A stretch of DNA of 64,000 bases from Nannocystis bainbridge (GTDB lineage: Bacteria; Myxococcota_A; Polyangia; Nannocystales; Nannocystaceae), in the NCBI RefSeq assembly GCF_028368995.1, contig NZ_JAQNDL010000001.1, forward strand, positions 2,912,001 to 2,976,000. Direction: 5' to 3'. Below the pieces are notes generated by a model. That model searched no databases, had not been told where the DNA came from, and saw only the letters and a program-made list of their open reading frames with translations. Positions 55,420-64,000 of the stretch are shown here, one piece after another. A program made the translations under genes and the position numbers. Position 1 is the first letter of the stretch. Each line of letters begins with the position of its first letter.

Positions 55420-56457
55420 ATGCGCACCCTGGCCCTCGGCGCCGCGCTCCTGTGCGGCGCCGCCTGCATCCCCTTCGAGCCGTACTGGCTGATTCAGGAC
55501 GCGAGGGTGCTCGGCACGCGCATGACCGTCGTCGAGCCCGGCGGTTACTCGACCCTCGTGCAGGTCCCGTACGGCCAGCGCCGCGCCAGCGGCCTGCCGC
55601 TCGACACCGTCGAGCTCGAGTGGATGGTCGCCGCGGTCGACGACGACGAGGTGCAGCCGCCGATCTGGCTGGCGTGCACCTGGCCCAACTGCATCGACGA
55701 TTACTACCGGACCGGTCACGCCCTCTACGACTGCCCGCACCCGCTGCCGCTCGACATCCGCTGGGCGTGTCGGCTCGGCGAGGGCCACACGGTCCGCGTC
55801 GGCTTCGCCGGCGCCTTCGGCCTCCAGTCCGGCTTCGCCTACGGCGGCCTGTCGGTGATGGCGATCGGCAGCCGCACCCCCGAGGTCGCGTCCGCGGCTT
55901 GCCTCGAGCGCTACGGCGCCGACCCACACGCCGGCCTCGAGAAGTGCCTCATCGCGCGCGACATCCACGTGCTCGGGCCGCTGTGGGCGGTGTTGCCGTT
56001 CGCGCCGGAGCTCGGCGAGCTGCCGCTCGAGATCTTCGGCCAGGAGCCCGACACGCACCCTGACATCGTCGGTTTTCGCGTCACGCGCGAGCGCGGCCCC
56101 GAGCGCCTGGAGCTCCTCGTCGAGCTCGACGACACCGTGAGCGTGGAGCCGGGTGAGCACATCACGGTGTTGCCGCTGGTGATCGGCGGCGCGCAGGAGT
56201 ACAGCGATTTCTTCGACGGAGACACCGACGGCCCGGCCGAGCCGGAGCTGCACCCGGGGTACGAGTTCATCTCCACCCGGGTGCAGCTGACCGCGCTCGT
56301 CGACGAGTTCGCGGCCCCCGAAGATTTCTCGTACGAGGCGGCCATCGAATGGCTGGTGCCGGAGCACCCCGAGCCGATGACGATGTTCGTATCGACCCGT
56401 GACAATCGGGCCGGCCGCGGCTTCGCCCGGCTGCACTTCGTCAGCGACGACCGATGA
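55420..56457 (+). CDS. Lipoprotein associated with TonB-dependent receptor
   Basis: Lipobox GAAC; RVLGTR and C-terminal TRDNRAGRGF; ATGA-coupled to the receptor. Confidence 0.7.
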   Translation: MRTLALGAALLCGAACIPFEPYWLIQDARVLGTRMTVVEPGGYSTLVQVPYGQRRASGLPLDTVELEWMVAAVDDDEVQPPIWLACTWPNCIDDYYRTGHALYDCPHPLPLDIRWACRLGEGHTVRVGFAGAFGLQSGFAYGGLSVMAIGSRTPEVASAACLERYGADPHAGLEKCLIARDIHVLGPLWAVLPFAPELGELPLEIFGQEPDTHPDIVGFRVTRERGPERLELLVELDDTVSVEPGEHITVLPLVIGGAQEYSDFFDGDTDGPAEPELHPGYEFISTRVQLTALVDEFAAPEDFSYEAAIEWLVPEHPEPMTMFVSTRDNRAGRGFARLHFVSDDR

Positions 56458-58802
56458 TCGCGGCGGCCCTCCTCGTCGTCCTCGCCGCGGCCCCCGCGGC
56501 CGCGAGCGCCACGCCGGCGCCGGCCGAGCGCGCCGCGCGAACGACCGTGCAGGGCAGCCTGCGCAGCGCCGGCGAGCGCACGCCGGTGGTCGGCGCCAAG
56601 GTCTTCGCCACCGCCCGCCGCGGCCCGGCGTGGACCCGCGAGGCCGTCTCGGGCGAGGATGGCCGGTTCATCCTCACCGACCTGCCGGCTCCGGACTTCA
56701 TCCTCACCGTCGTCGCCGCCGAGCATCAGCGGCTCGAGCAGCCGACGACCGCCCCGTTCTGGCGCCGGCGCAAGCCGCCGGTCATCTACCTGCAACCGGT
56801 CGGCACCGGCAGCTATCGCACGATCGTCCAGCAGGAGCGCACCGCCCGTCCGAGCCCGTTCAGCGCCCGCCTCTCGCCCGACGAGATCCAGGGCCTGCCG
56901 GGCAGCCAGGGCGACCCGCTGCGCGCGCTGCAGAACCTGCCCGGAGTGGCGCGCGCCCCCGGCGGCCTCGGCCTGCTGGTCCTGCGCGGCGCCACCCCCA
57001 ATCAATCACAGGTGTTCTTCGGCGAGCACCCGCTGCCGCGCGCCTTCCACGTGCCCGGCCTCGCCAGCGTGGTCCAGACCGGCGTGCTGCAGGACTTGCA
57101 GTACGTCCCCGGCAACTTCTCGACTCACTACGGCAACGCCGTCGGCGGCGTCGTCACCATGACCCCGCGGGTCGGCCGACGCGACGGCCTGCACGGCCAC
57201 GCCAAGCTCGACATCACCTCGGCCGGCGCGCTGGTCGAGGGCGCGCTCGGCAAGGGCTCGTTCTTGATGGCGGCCCAGCGCGGCTACCTCGACCTCGTGC
57301 TCAAGGCCCTGCCCTCGGACGTGCGCGGCGAGCAGTTCATCCGCCCGCGCTACAACGATTACCAGCTGATCTTCGACCACCCGGTCGGCCAGGGCGCCAC
57401 CCTCACCGCGCGGGTCCTCGGCGCCACCGACACCATCGAGTACCCCGACACGACCTACAGCGCCGGCTCGAACTTCGCCCTGCGCGCCGGCTTCCACCGC
57501 TTCGACCTCGCCTACCGCAAGCGCCACGGCACCTGGGACTTCCTGCTCGCGCCAGCGGCCCGCCTCGACCGCACCGTCTACGAGAGCAGCCAGCTGTACC
57601 GCCGCCGCAGCGACGTCGTCGGCCTGCTGCGCGCCGAGCTGACGGCCCGCCCGTCGCGCCGGTTCCACGTCACGCTCGGCGTCGACACCCAGGTCGATCG
57701 CTTCATCACCCGCATGCGCCTCGCCGAGCCTTCGACCGGCGGGCCGGCGGCGCCCCCCGGCGACGAGACTCCCGACACCGCCAATCGCGGCGTCGTCTCG
57801 ACCAGCGGCCTCTACGTGTCGTCGATGATCGGCGGCGGCCGCTTCACCCTGTTCCCCGGCGTGCGCGTCAACGCGTTCACCGCCCCCGACAGCGCCGCCT
57901 TCGCCGTCGACCCGCGGGTGCTGGCCCGCGTGGTCGCGCACGAGCGGGTGATCTTGCAGTTCGGCGCCGGGCTCTACTCGCAGGCCAGCCAGCGGAAGAT
58001 CGAGCAGACCTCGGGCTTCATCTCCAACTCGCAGAACCCGTACGGCGGCACCACCTCGATCGCCGGCTTCGGCCCGCTGGTGCTGCCGGGCGCGCTGCGC
58101 TACCTCGACGCGCGGCTCGAGTTCGACCCGCGCGGCCGCGTCGGCGCCGCGCGGGCCGTCCAGCTCAGCGCCAACGTGCACGTCGACATCACCCGCACCC
58201 TGACCTTCGACAGCACGGTCTTCTACCGCCGCGTGCGCGACAACCTGCCGCTGCTGCTCGACAGCCCGAGCCTGCCCGACGCCGGCACCCAGACCTGGGG
58301 CATCGAGGCGATGCTGCGCCACGACCTCACCGCGCGGCTGTTCGGGTGGGTCGCCTACACCTTCATGGTCTCGAAGCTCGGCTACGCCACCTGGGACGTC
58401 GTGCGGCCCAATTTGCCGGCCGACTTCGACCAGCGGCACAACCTCGTCCTGCTGCTCGGCTACAAGCTGCCGCGGCGGTGGTCGATCGCCGGCCGCTTCC
58501 GCGTCGTCACCGGCCTGCCGTACACCCCGCGGGTCGGCGCGCAGCTCGAGCAGGGCCAGTGGACCCGCCCGCTCGACGGCCCGGTCAACAGCGCCCGCCT
58601 GCCGGTGTTCCACCAGCTCGACATCCGCATCGATCGCACGTGGGTCTACAAGCGGTCGATGGTGGCGGCCTACCTCGACGTGCAGAACCTCTACAACCGC
58701 CAGAACCCCGAGGGCGTGCTCTACAACTACGACTACTCCGACCAGCGCGCGGTCGTCGGCGTGCCGATCTTGCCGGTGCTCGGGGTGCGCGTGACGTACT
58801 GA
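56454..58802 (+). CDS. TonB-dependent receptor (myxobacterial type)
   Basis: Plug PGSQGDPLRALQNLPGVAR..LRGA and PGNFSTHYG; barrel end FDQRHNL, FHQLDIRIDR and YLDVQNLYNRQN. Confidence 0.88.
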   Translation: MIAAALLVVLAAAPAAASATPAPAERAARTTVQGSLRSAGERTPVVGAKVFATARRGPAWTREAVSGEDGRFILTDLPAPDFILTVVAAEHQRLEQPTTAPFWRRRKPPVIYLQPVGTGSYRTIVQQERTARPSPFSARLSPDEIQGLPGSQGDPLRALQNLPGVARAPGGLGLLVLRGATPNQSQVFFGEHPLPRAFHVPGLASVVQTGVLQDLQYVPGNFSTHYGNAVGGVVTMTPRVGRRDGLHGHAKLDITSAGALVEGALGKGSFLMAAQRGYLDLVLKALPSDVRGEQFIRPRYNDYQLIFDHPVGQGATLTARVLGATDTIEYPDTTYSAGSNFALRAGFHRFDLAYRKRHGTWDFLLAPAARLDRTVYESSQLYRRRSDVVGLLRAELTARPSRRFHVTLGVDTQVDRFITRMRLAEPSTGGPAAPPGDETPDTANRGVVSTSGLYVSSMIGGGRFTLFPGVRVNAFTAPDSAAFAVDPRVLARVVAHERVILQFGAGLYSQASQRKIEQTSGFISNSQNPYGGTTSIAGFGPLVLPGALRYLDARLEFDPRGRVGAARAVQLSANVHVDITRTLTFDSTVFYRRVRDNLPLLLDSPSLPDAGTQTWGIEAMLRHDLTARLFGWVAYTFMVSKLGYATWDVVRPNLPADFDQRHNLVLLLGYKLPRRWSIAGRFRVVTGLPYTPRVGAQLEQGQWTRPLDGPVNSARLPVFHQLDIRIDRTWVYKRSMVAAYLDVQNLYNRQNPEGVLYNYDYSDQRAVVGVPILPVLGVRVTY

Positions 58803-58894
58803 GCGCGGCGGGCTCGACCGTGCCGCGTCATCGCGTGTCGGTCCCGTGACCGGCGCGTGACGTGGTTTCGGCGCGGCGCTAAGCTCCCGCCCTC

Positions 58895-59272
58895 ATGACC
58901 GACGAGAAGGACCCCCCGGCGGTGCTGCAGGCCCGCCTCGCCAACGAGCGCACCCTGCTCGCGTGGCTGCGCACGGCGGTCGCGCTGATGGGCTTCGGCC
59001 TCATGGTCGCGCGGCTCGGCGTGTTCCTCGACACCCTCGCCATGACCTCGCACGAGCACCTGCGGGCCGCCGGTCAGTCGCGCTGGACCGGGGCCGCCCT
59101 GCTCATCACCGGCAGCACCGTCGCCATCATCGGCTCCCACCGCGTCCGCGCCTACGCCCGCGTCATCGACCCCAAGAGCAGCCCGCCCGGCGACCGCGGG
59201 CTCTACTTCACCGCCGCGCTCGTCATCCTGCTGGGCGTCGGCCTCGCCACCTTCGTGGTCGTCATGTACTGA
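58895..59272 (+). CDS. DUF202 (YidH) membrane protein
   Basis: LANERTLLAWLRTAVALMGFG; three TM segments. Confidence 0.9.
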   Translation: MTDEKDPPAVLQARLANERTLLAWLRTAVALMGFGLMVARLGVFLDTLAMTSHEHLRAAGQSRWTGAALLITGSTVAIIGSHRVRAYARVIDPKSSPPGDRGLYFTAALVILLGVGLATFVVVMY

Positions 59273-59325
59273 AACCGGCATGTCCTGGAGGACATGCCGG
59301 TTCGAACATGCTCCGGGGAGCATGT
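59273..59325. terminator. Two tandem perfect hairpins between convergent DUF202 and ftsA
   Basis: AACCGGCATGTCCT-GG-AGGACATGCCGGTT (14-bp stem) and ACATGCTCC-GG-GGAGCATGT (9-bp stem). Confidence 0.65.
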
Positions 59326-59328
59326 CCC

Positions 59329-60600
59329 TCAGAACATGTCGCGCATCCAGCCGACGAAGCGCTTGCCGATGCCCGGGCGGCGCTCGCCGCGGGGCTGATG
59401 GATCTCATTGACCGCCGCCATCGGCTGGTGGGCCGCGCCGTACAGCACCAGGCCGACGCCGGTCGAGAACTTCGGGTCCTGGATCACCTGGGCGAACCCG
59501 CCCTCGGTGAGCGACGGCTGGCCGCGGCCGAAGCTGGCCCCGTGGACCGGCATCCCGCGGCGGACCGGCATCTGGAACACGTCCTCGACGATCTCCGTCA
59601 TGCCCTCCATCTGCGACCCGCCGCCGGTGAGGACGATGCCCGAGCCGGCCATCTCCATCATCCCGGACTTCAGCAGCTCCTCCTGCGCCATCAGCAGGAT
59701 CTCCTCGACGCGCGGCTCGATCACCTCGCCGAGGAAGCGGCGGGGGAACGCCCGCGGCGGGCGCGGACCGACGCCCGCCACCTCGACCACCGCGTCGCCC
59801 TCGATCATGCTGACGAGCGCGCAGCCGTGGCGGCGCTTGATCGCCTCGGCCTCGGCCACGCTGGTGTGCAGCCCGTGGGCCACGTCCTGGGTGATGCGGT
59901 GGCCGCCCATGACGATGACCGAGGTGAACACGTTGGTGCCCTCGGAGTAGATCGTCAGGTCGGTGGTGCCGCCGCCGATGTCGATGAGCACCACGCCGAG
60001 CTCGCGCTCGTCCTCGTGGAGCACGCTGATCGCCGAGGCCAGCGGCTGCAGCACGACCTCGACGACGTCGAGGCCGGCGCGGTTGCAGCACTTGATGATG
60101 TTCTGGACGCTGGTGGTCGCGGCGGTGATGACGTGGGCGCGGGCCTCCATGCGCACGCCGCTCATGCCGATCGGGTCCTTGATCTGGCCCTGGCCGTCGA
60201 TCATGTACTCGAGCGGCAGGGTGTGGATGATCTGGCGGTCGAGCGGGATGTTGACCGCCTTGGCCTGCTCGAGCACCCGCGCGACGTCGGCCTCGGTGAC
60301 CTCGCGGTTGCGCATGCTGACCTGGCCGAGGCTGCTAAAGCCGCGGATGTGACCGCCGGCGATGCCGACGAACACCGACTGGACCTCGACGGCCGCCATC
60401 TGCTCGGCCTCCTGGATCGCCTGGGCGATGCTGTTGGTGGTCGCCTCGATGTTGACCACCACGCCCTGGCGCAGGCCCTCCGACGGACAGGTCCCGACGC
60501 CGATGATGTCGATGCCGCTCTCGGTCACCTCGCCGATGATCGCGGCGACCTTGGTCGTGCCGATGTCGAGTCCGACGATCACTTCTCCGACTTCTGCCAT
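59329..60600 (-). CDS. ftsA: Cell division protein FtsA
   Basis: VGLDIGTTKV, DPIGMSGVRME, IDIGGGTTD, GIVLTGGGS and STGVGL. Confidence 0.96.
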   Translation of the reverse strand: MAEVGEVIVGLDIGTTKVAAIIGEVTESGIDIIGVGTCPSEGLRQGVVVNIEATTNSIAQAIQEAEQMAAVEVQSVFVGIAGGHIRGFSSLGQVSMRNREVTEADVARVLEQAKAVNIPLDRQIIHTLPLEYMIDGQGQIKDPIGMSGVRMEARAHVITAATTSVQNIIKCCNRAGLDVVEVVLQPLASAISVLHEDERELGVVLIDIGGGTTDLTIYSEGTNVFTSVIVMGGHRITQDVAHGLHTSVAEAEAIKRRHGCALVSMIEGDAVVEVAGVGPRPPRAFPRRFLGEVIEPRVEEILLMAQEELLKSGMMEMAGSGIVLTGGGSQMEGMTEIVEDVFQMPVRRGMPVHGASFGRGQPSLTEGGFAQVIQDPKFSTGVGLVLYGAAHQPMAAVNEIHQPRGERRPGIGKRFVGWMRDMF

Positions 60601-60610
60601 GGCTACGTTC

Positions 60611-61813
60611 CTAGTCGTACTTCGGGATGCCAGAAGCAAATTTGTTGCCGGAGGCGGCCTTCTTCTTCTTCTTGCTCTTGGACTTGGTCGGGCCGCTCGG
60701 CTGATTCGCCGCCGGCGCCTGAGCGGCTGACTCTTGGGTCATGTCCTTCGGGGCAGGCTTGGCGCCGGCGCCGCGGGCCAGCACCGCCGCCTCGGCGGCC
60801 GGGTCGAGGAAGCTGGCGACCACGCGCTCGGGCGTGCCGGGGGTCGCGTCGAGGTCGAGGTGGACCACCGCCAGCTGCTCGGCCCGCTCGCCGAGCGCCG
60901 CGCGCAGGGCGTCGAAGCGGGCCAGCTTGCCGGCGACGTCGCCGCGGCCGAGCCGCAGCGCCGCGCCGGTCTTGGCGGTGTAGAGCGCGACCGCCCCGCC
61001 CTCGTCGACGTGGACCTCCGACAGCCGCGGCCGCGGTGTCTCCTGGTAGGTCGTCAACGCCGCCAGCCCGCGGCGGATCGCCGTCTGCGCCCGCGCGTCA
61101 CCGGCCACCAGCTGCTCGCGGTCGACCCCGGTGATCACCGGCAGCTCGCCGCGCTCGCCGTCCTCGAGCCGCTTGAACGGCACCCCGTCGCGGTCGATCA
61201 GGTAGAAATAGCCCGACAGCAGCGCCGCCGCGGCCTCGTGTTCCTCGACCTCGACGATCAGCGTGTCGGGCAGCGAGCGCTGGACGCTGGCGCGCTTGAC
61301 CCACGGCTCGGCGGCGATCTTGGCCTGCAGCGCGTCGGTGTCGACGGCCAGGATGTTGGTGCCGGGCTCGAGCCCGAGCAGCGCCTGCAACCTGTCCACC
61401 GGGACATGTGGCGTCGCCTGGTAGACCAGCGACTTGGCCTCGAAGCGGGCCGAGGTGGTCACGTATTGGTAGCTGGTCTGGACCGCCAGCAGCACGCCCC
61501 ACGCCAGGGTCACGGCGATCGCCAGGCGAGCGGCGAGGCTGAGCAGCCGCCGCCCGCGCGCGCCGACCCGCGGCACCGCGGCGACCATCGACCGCAGGCC
61601 CATGCGCGGCACGTGCACCGCCGGCTTGGCCCCGGCCCGCGGCGCGTCGACGCGGCGATTGACCCGCTGCCCCGCCCGGCTGGTCGTCACCGCCGGCTTG
61701 CGCGCGACCGGAGCCGCCGCTGGCACGGGCCGCGGCCGCGCCTGCTGGACCCGCCGGTTCTGCTTGCGCGCCGTCGCGGCGTTCGCGCGAGGGTTGTTTT
61801 GGAAGAGACCCAT
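60611..61813 (-). CDS. ftsQ: Cell division protein FtsQ/DivIB
   Basis: Basic N-terminal tail, single TM, and POTRA domain (PWVKRASVQRSLPDTLIVEVEEH); directly upstream of ftsA. Start uncertain. Confidence 0.85.
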   Translation of the reverse strand: MGLFQNNPRANAATARKQNRRVQQARPRPVPAAAPVARKPAVTTSRAGQRVNRRVDAPRAGAKPAVHVPRMGLRSMVAAVPRVGARGRRLLSLAARLAIAVTLAWGVLLAVQTSYQYVTTSARFEAKSLVYQATPHVPVDRLQALLGLEPGTNILAVDTDALQAKIAAEPWVKRASVQRSLPDTLIVEVEEHEAAAALLSGYFYLIDRDGVPFKRLEDGERGELPVITGVDREQLVAGDARAQTAIRRGLAALTTYQETPRPRLSEVHVDEGGAVALYTAKTGAALRLGRGDVAGKLARFDALRAALGERAEQLAVVHLDLDATPGTPERVVASFLDPAAEAAVLARGAGAKPAPKDMTQESAAQAPAANQPSGPTKSKSKKKKKAASGNKFASGIPKYD

Positions 61814-62097
61814 GGCGAAGAGAGCGAGCCTGGCGACTATCAGGCGCTCCATGTGTGGGCAAGAAATCGGCGCCGTGTGGGACTGAACATCCGCGCAAGC
61901 GCGCGCCCAGGCCGCCTCGCGCGCGCGCACCCGCGCGAGCCACGACCTGGCGCGAAGGACAGGTTGATGCCCGCGCACAGGACATGTCCCTTCGGACAGG
62001 CAAGGCCTCAGCGCACTCGACCATTCACGCCCGCGATGACGCGTGCCCGAATCTCGTGACCGGACATCGTCACGCCTCGACGGCGTCGCGTCGCGAC

Positions 62098-62478
62098 TCA
62101 GAACGACTGCGGCGCCTGAGCGCCGCTCGGCGGGCGGCGGAGCACGCCGTACACCGTGCCCGAGCCGGTGCTGATCGCGGCCTGGTTCGTCGCCGAGGTC
62201 ATCACGGCGACCGCCTCGCCGCCCATCTTGCAGGCGCGGGGCCGGACGATCTGGCGGAACTTCTCGTCCATCGGGTCCATCGTCCCGACCTTGCCGATCG
62301 TCACATAACCGAGGATCTCCCACTCGCCGCCTGGCCGCATCTTCTGCATATCGGCCTGGACGAACTCGAGCGGACAATTCGCGTCGTGCGGCGGCGCAAA
62401 GATCATTCGTGTCTCGGAGATTTGGGAGCACGATACCGTGGCTGCAGCAAGAAGGATCGGGATCAAAGATCTACGCAT
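62098..62478 (-). CDS. Small lipoprotein
   Basis: MRRSLIPILLAAATVSC; RACKMGGEAV. Confidence 0.65.
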   Translation of the reverse strand: MRRSLIPILLAAATVSCSQISETRMIFAPPHDANCPLEFVQADMQKMRPGGEWEILGYVTIGKVGTMDPMDEKFRQIVRPRACKMGGEAVAVMTSATNQAAISTGSGTVYGVLRRPPSGAQAPQSF

Positions 62479-62587
62479 CGCGGCCGAGGTTACAGAGCCC
62501 CGCGCAGTGATGTCAATGAACGCCGGGCCCACGCGACGCTCGGCGGTCCTTCGGCTTCCCGCAGGGGCAACTCCGCGGCCCTCCGCG

Positions 62588-63427
62588 TCACAGCGGGAAA
62601 TCACCGAGCGTCGGCCGCTGCAACCAGTTGCGCTCGGGCCAGCCCGCGCCCTGCTCCGCCGCGTGCATCGTGAACGCCATGCGCGAGGTCGCCGAGTGGT
62701 TGTGCGAGCTGCGATGCGGCAGGTGATCGTCGAACACCACCACGGTACCCGCCGGCACCTCGAGCGCGACCGCCTCGTCGTCGGTCGGCCACGGCGACGG
62801 ATCGAGCGTGCGCAGGGTGCCGACGCGGGCGCGCCAGTCGACCTCGTAGCGCTCGCGCAGCGGCGAGCGGTGGCCGCCGGGCTGGACGTAAAGGCAGCCG
62901 TTGTCGCGCCGCGCGTCCTCCAGCGCGATCCACAGGCCGGTGACACAAGCTGGCTCGCTGATCAGGTACGTCGCGTCCTGATGCCAGCGGACCTCGCCGC
63001 CGATGCGCGGCTGTTTGAAGATCAGCATCGTCTGCCACAGCACCGGCGCGACGTGGCCGACGTCGCGCAGGAGCGCGGCGAACTGCGGCAGGCGGCAGAA
63101 CGCGGCGAACGCCGGCACCCGGTCGTGCAGCGCGTGGCCGATCTTGTTGACCGCCAGCCGCGGCGGGTAGCGCAGCTGGCCGCTGGCGTCGAGCGCGTCG
63201 GCCTCGAGGAAGCAGTGCACGCCCTCGGCCGAGGCGAAGAAGGCGTCGTCGCGGCCGGCGTCGCGATCCTTGGTGGTGAACACGGTGCGCTCGGCCGCGG
63301 GGTCGAAGCGATCGACGATCGCCAGCGCGGCCTCGCGGATCGACGCGAGGTCGGCGCTCTCGATCAGACGCGGCAGCACCAGGTAACCACGCGCTTCGAA
63401 CTCGTCGATCTGCTCGGGGCTCAGCAT
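62588..63427 (-). CDS. Phytanoyl-CoA dioxygenase (PhyH) family 2OG-Fe(II) oxygenase
   Basis: NKIGHALH, WHQDATY, WIALEDA..NGCL and HRSSHN. Confidence 0.9.
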   Translation of the reverse strand: MLSPEQIDEFEARGYLVLPRLIESADLASIREAALAIVDRFDPAAERTVFTTKDRDAGRDDAFFASAEGVHCFLEADALDASGQLRYPPRLAVNKIGHALHDRVPAFAAFCRLPQFAALLRDVGHVAPVLWQTMLIFKQPRIGGEVRWHQDATYLISEPACVTGLWIALEDARRDNGCLYVQPGGHRSPLRERYEVDWRARVGTLRTLDPSPWPTDDEAVALEVPAGTVVVFDDHLPHRSSHNHSATSRMAFTMHAAEQGAGWPERNWLQRPTLGDFPL

Positions 63428-63470
63428 CGTCTCAACTCCTGACCCGCCGCGAAGTCATGCCCACGGCATA

Positions 63471-64000
63471 TCATCGGCCCGGCTCCTTGCCCGTAGCGAT
63501 CGTCTTGGCGGCGGCGAAGATCTGCTGGCGCAGCCACAGATGGCCCGGGTCGTCCTGGTGGCGCTCGTGCCACACCTGGCGCACCGTGAAGCCCGGCACC
63601 GCCAGCGGCGGCGCCAGCGTGCGCAGGTCGAGGGCCGGGCCGAGGCGCCGCACCAGCCGCGCCGGCGTCGTCAGCACCAGGTCCGAGCTGGCGACGATCA
63701 GCGGCGCCGCCAGGAAATGCGGCACCACCAGCGCGATCTGCCGCGCGTGGCCGAGCTCGGCCAGCTGCCTGTCGACCGCGCTCTGCGACCCGCCGCGCAC
63801 GCTGACCAGCACGTGGCGCAGCCGCAGGTAAGTCGCCAGGTCGATCGTGCGGCGGACCTCCGGGTGGCCCTTGCGGCACACCAGCACCATCTCCTCCGAG
63901 AACAGCGCCTGCTGCTGCAAGCCCGGGCTGGCCTCGAACACCACGCCGACGCCGACGGTGACCGCCCCGTTCTCGAGCGACGCCGCGAGGTCGCTGAGCT
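63471..64000 (-). CDS. LysR-family regulator, substrate-binding domain (5' end outside window)
   Basis: LFSEEMVLVCRKGHP, VPHFLAAPLIVASSDL and WHERHQDDPGHLWLR. Confidence 0.85.
   Translation of the reverse strand, partial: LSDLAASLENGAVTVGVGVVFEASPGLQQQALFSEEMVLVCRKGHPEVRRTIDLATYLRLRHVLVSVRGGSQSAVDRQLAELGHARQIALVVPHFLAAPLIVASSDLVLTTPARLVRRLGPALDLRTLAPPLAVPGFTVRQVWHERHQDDPGHLWLRQQIFAAAKTIATGKEPGR

Overview
Very GC-rich DNA whose gene content points to a myxobacterium, most likely Nannocystis-like (inferred from the many Cys-rich, Ser/Thr-linker lipoproteins, ECF sigma modules and an ACP-KS-AT-AT-ACP PKS). The window is mostly accessory genome. From left to right: (1) Hsp15, an ECF-cupin fusion, and LpoB-like and COG3014 lipoproteins. 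(2) A defence islet (~5.2-11.5 kb) with a CBASS: CD-NTase plus Cap2 E2-E1, no Cap3, and a convergent SAVED protein that carries a small helical N-terminal domain but no recognisable toxic enzyme domain; a MITE-like element sits upstream. (3) An ECF sigma / TPR / lipoprotein / barrel-like module, with a second such module at 39-42 kb; each has its own duplicated promoter-like motif. (4) A phenazine cluster (phzC, phzA/B, D, E, small ORF, F, G, phzS-like) flanked by a di-heme peroxidase and a pentaheme cytochrome c. (5) A heterocycloanthracin-like TOMM RiPP cluster whose precursor has 19 Cys in (C-x-G)n repeats with 8 His, plus E1-YcaO, SagB and RRE-ThiF genes. (6) A minimal PKS-NRPS(Gly) plus a stand-alone Cys-type thioesterase. 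(7) Fe/Mn SOD, a TonB-dependent receptor, an isolated ftsQ-ftsA pair, a PhyH dioxygenase and a partial LysR. The strongest candidates for something undescribed are the His/Cys-rich polythiazole RiPP and the atypical CBASS. All family calls come from motif recognition by eye; no searches were run.
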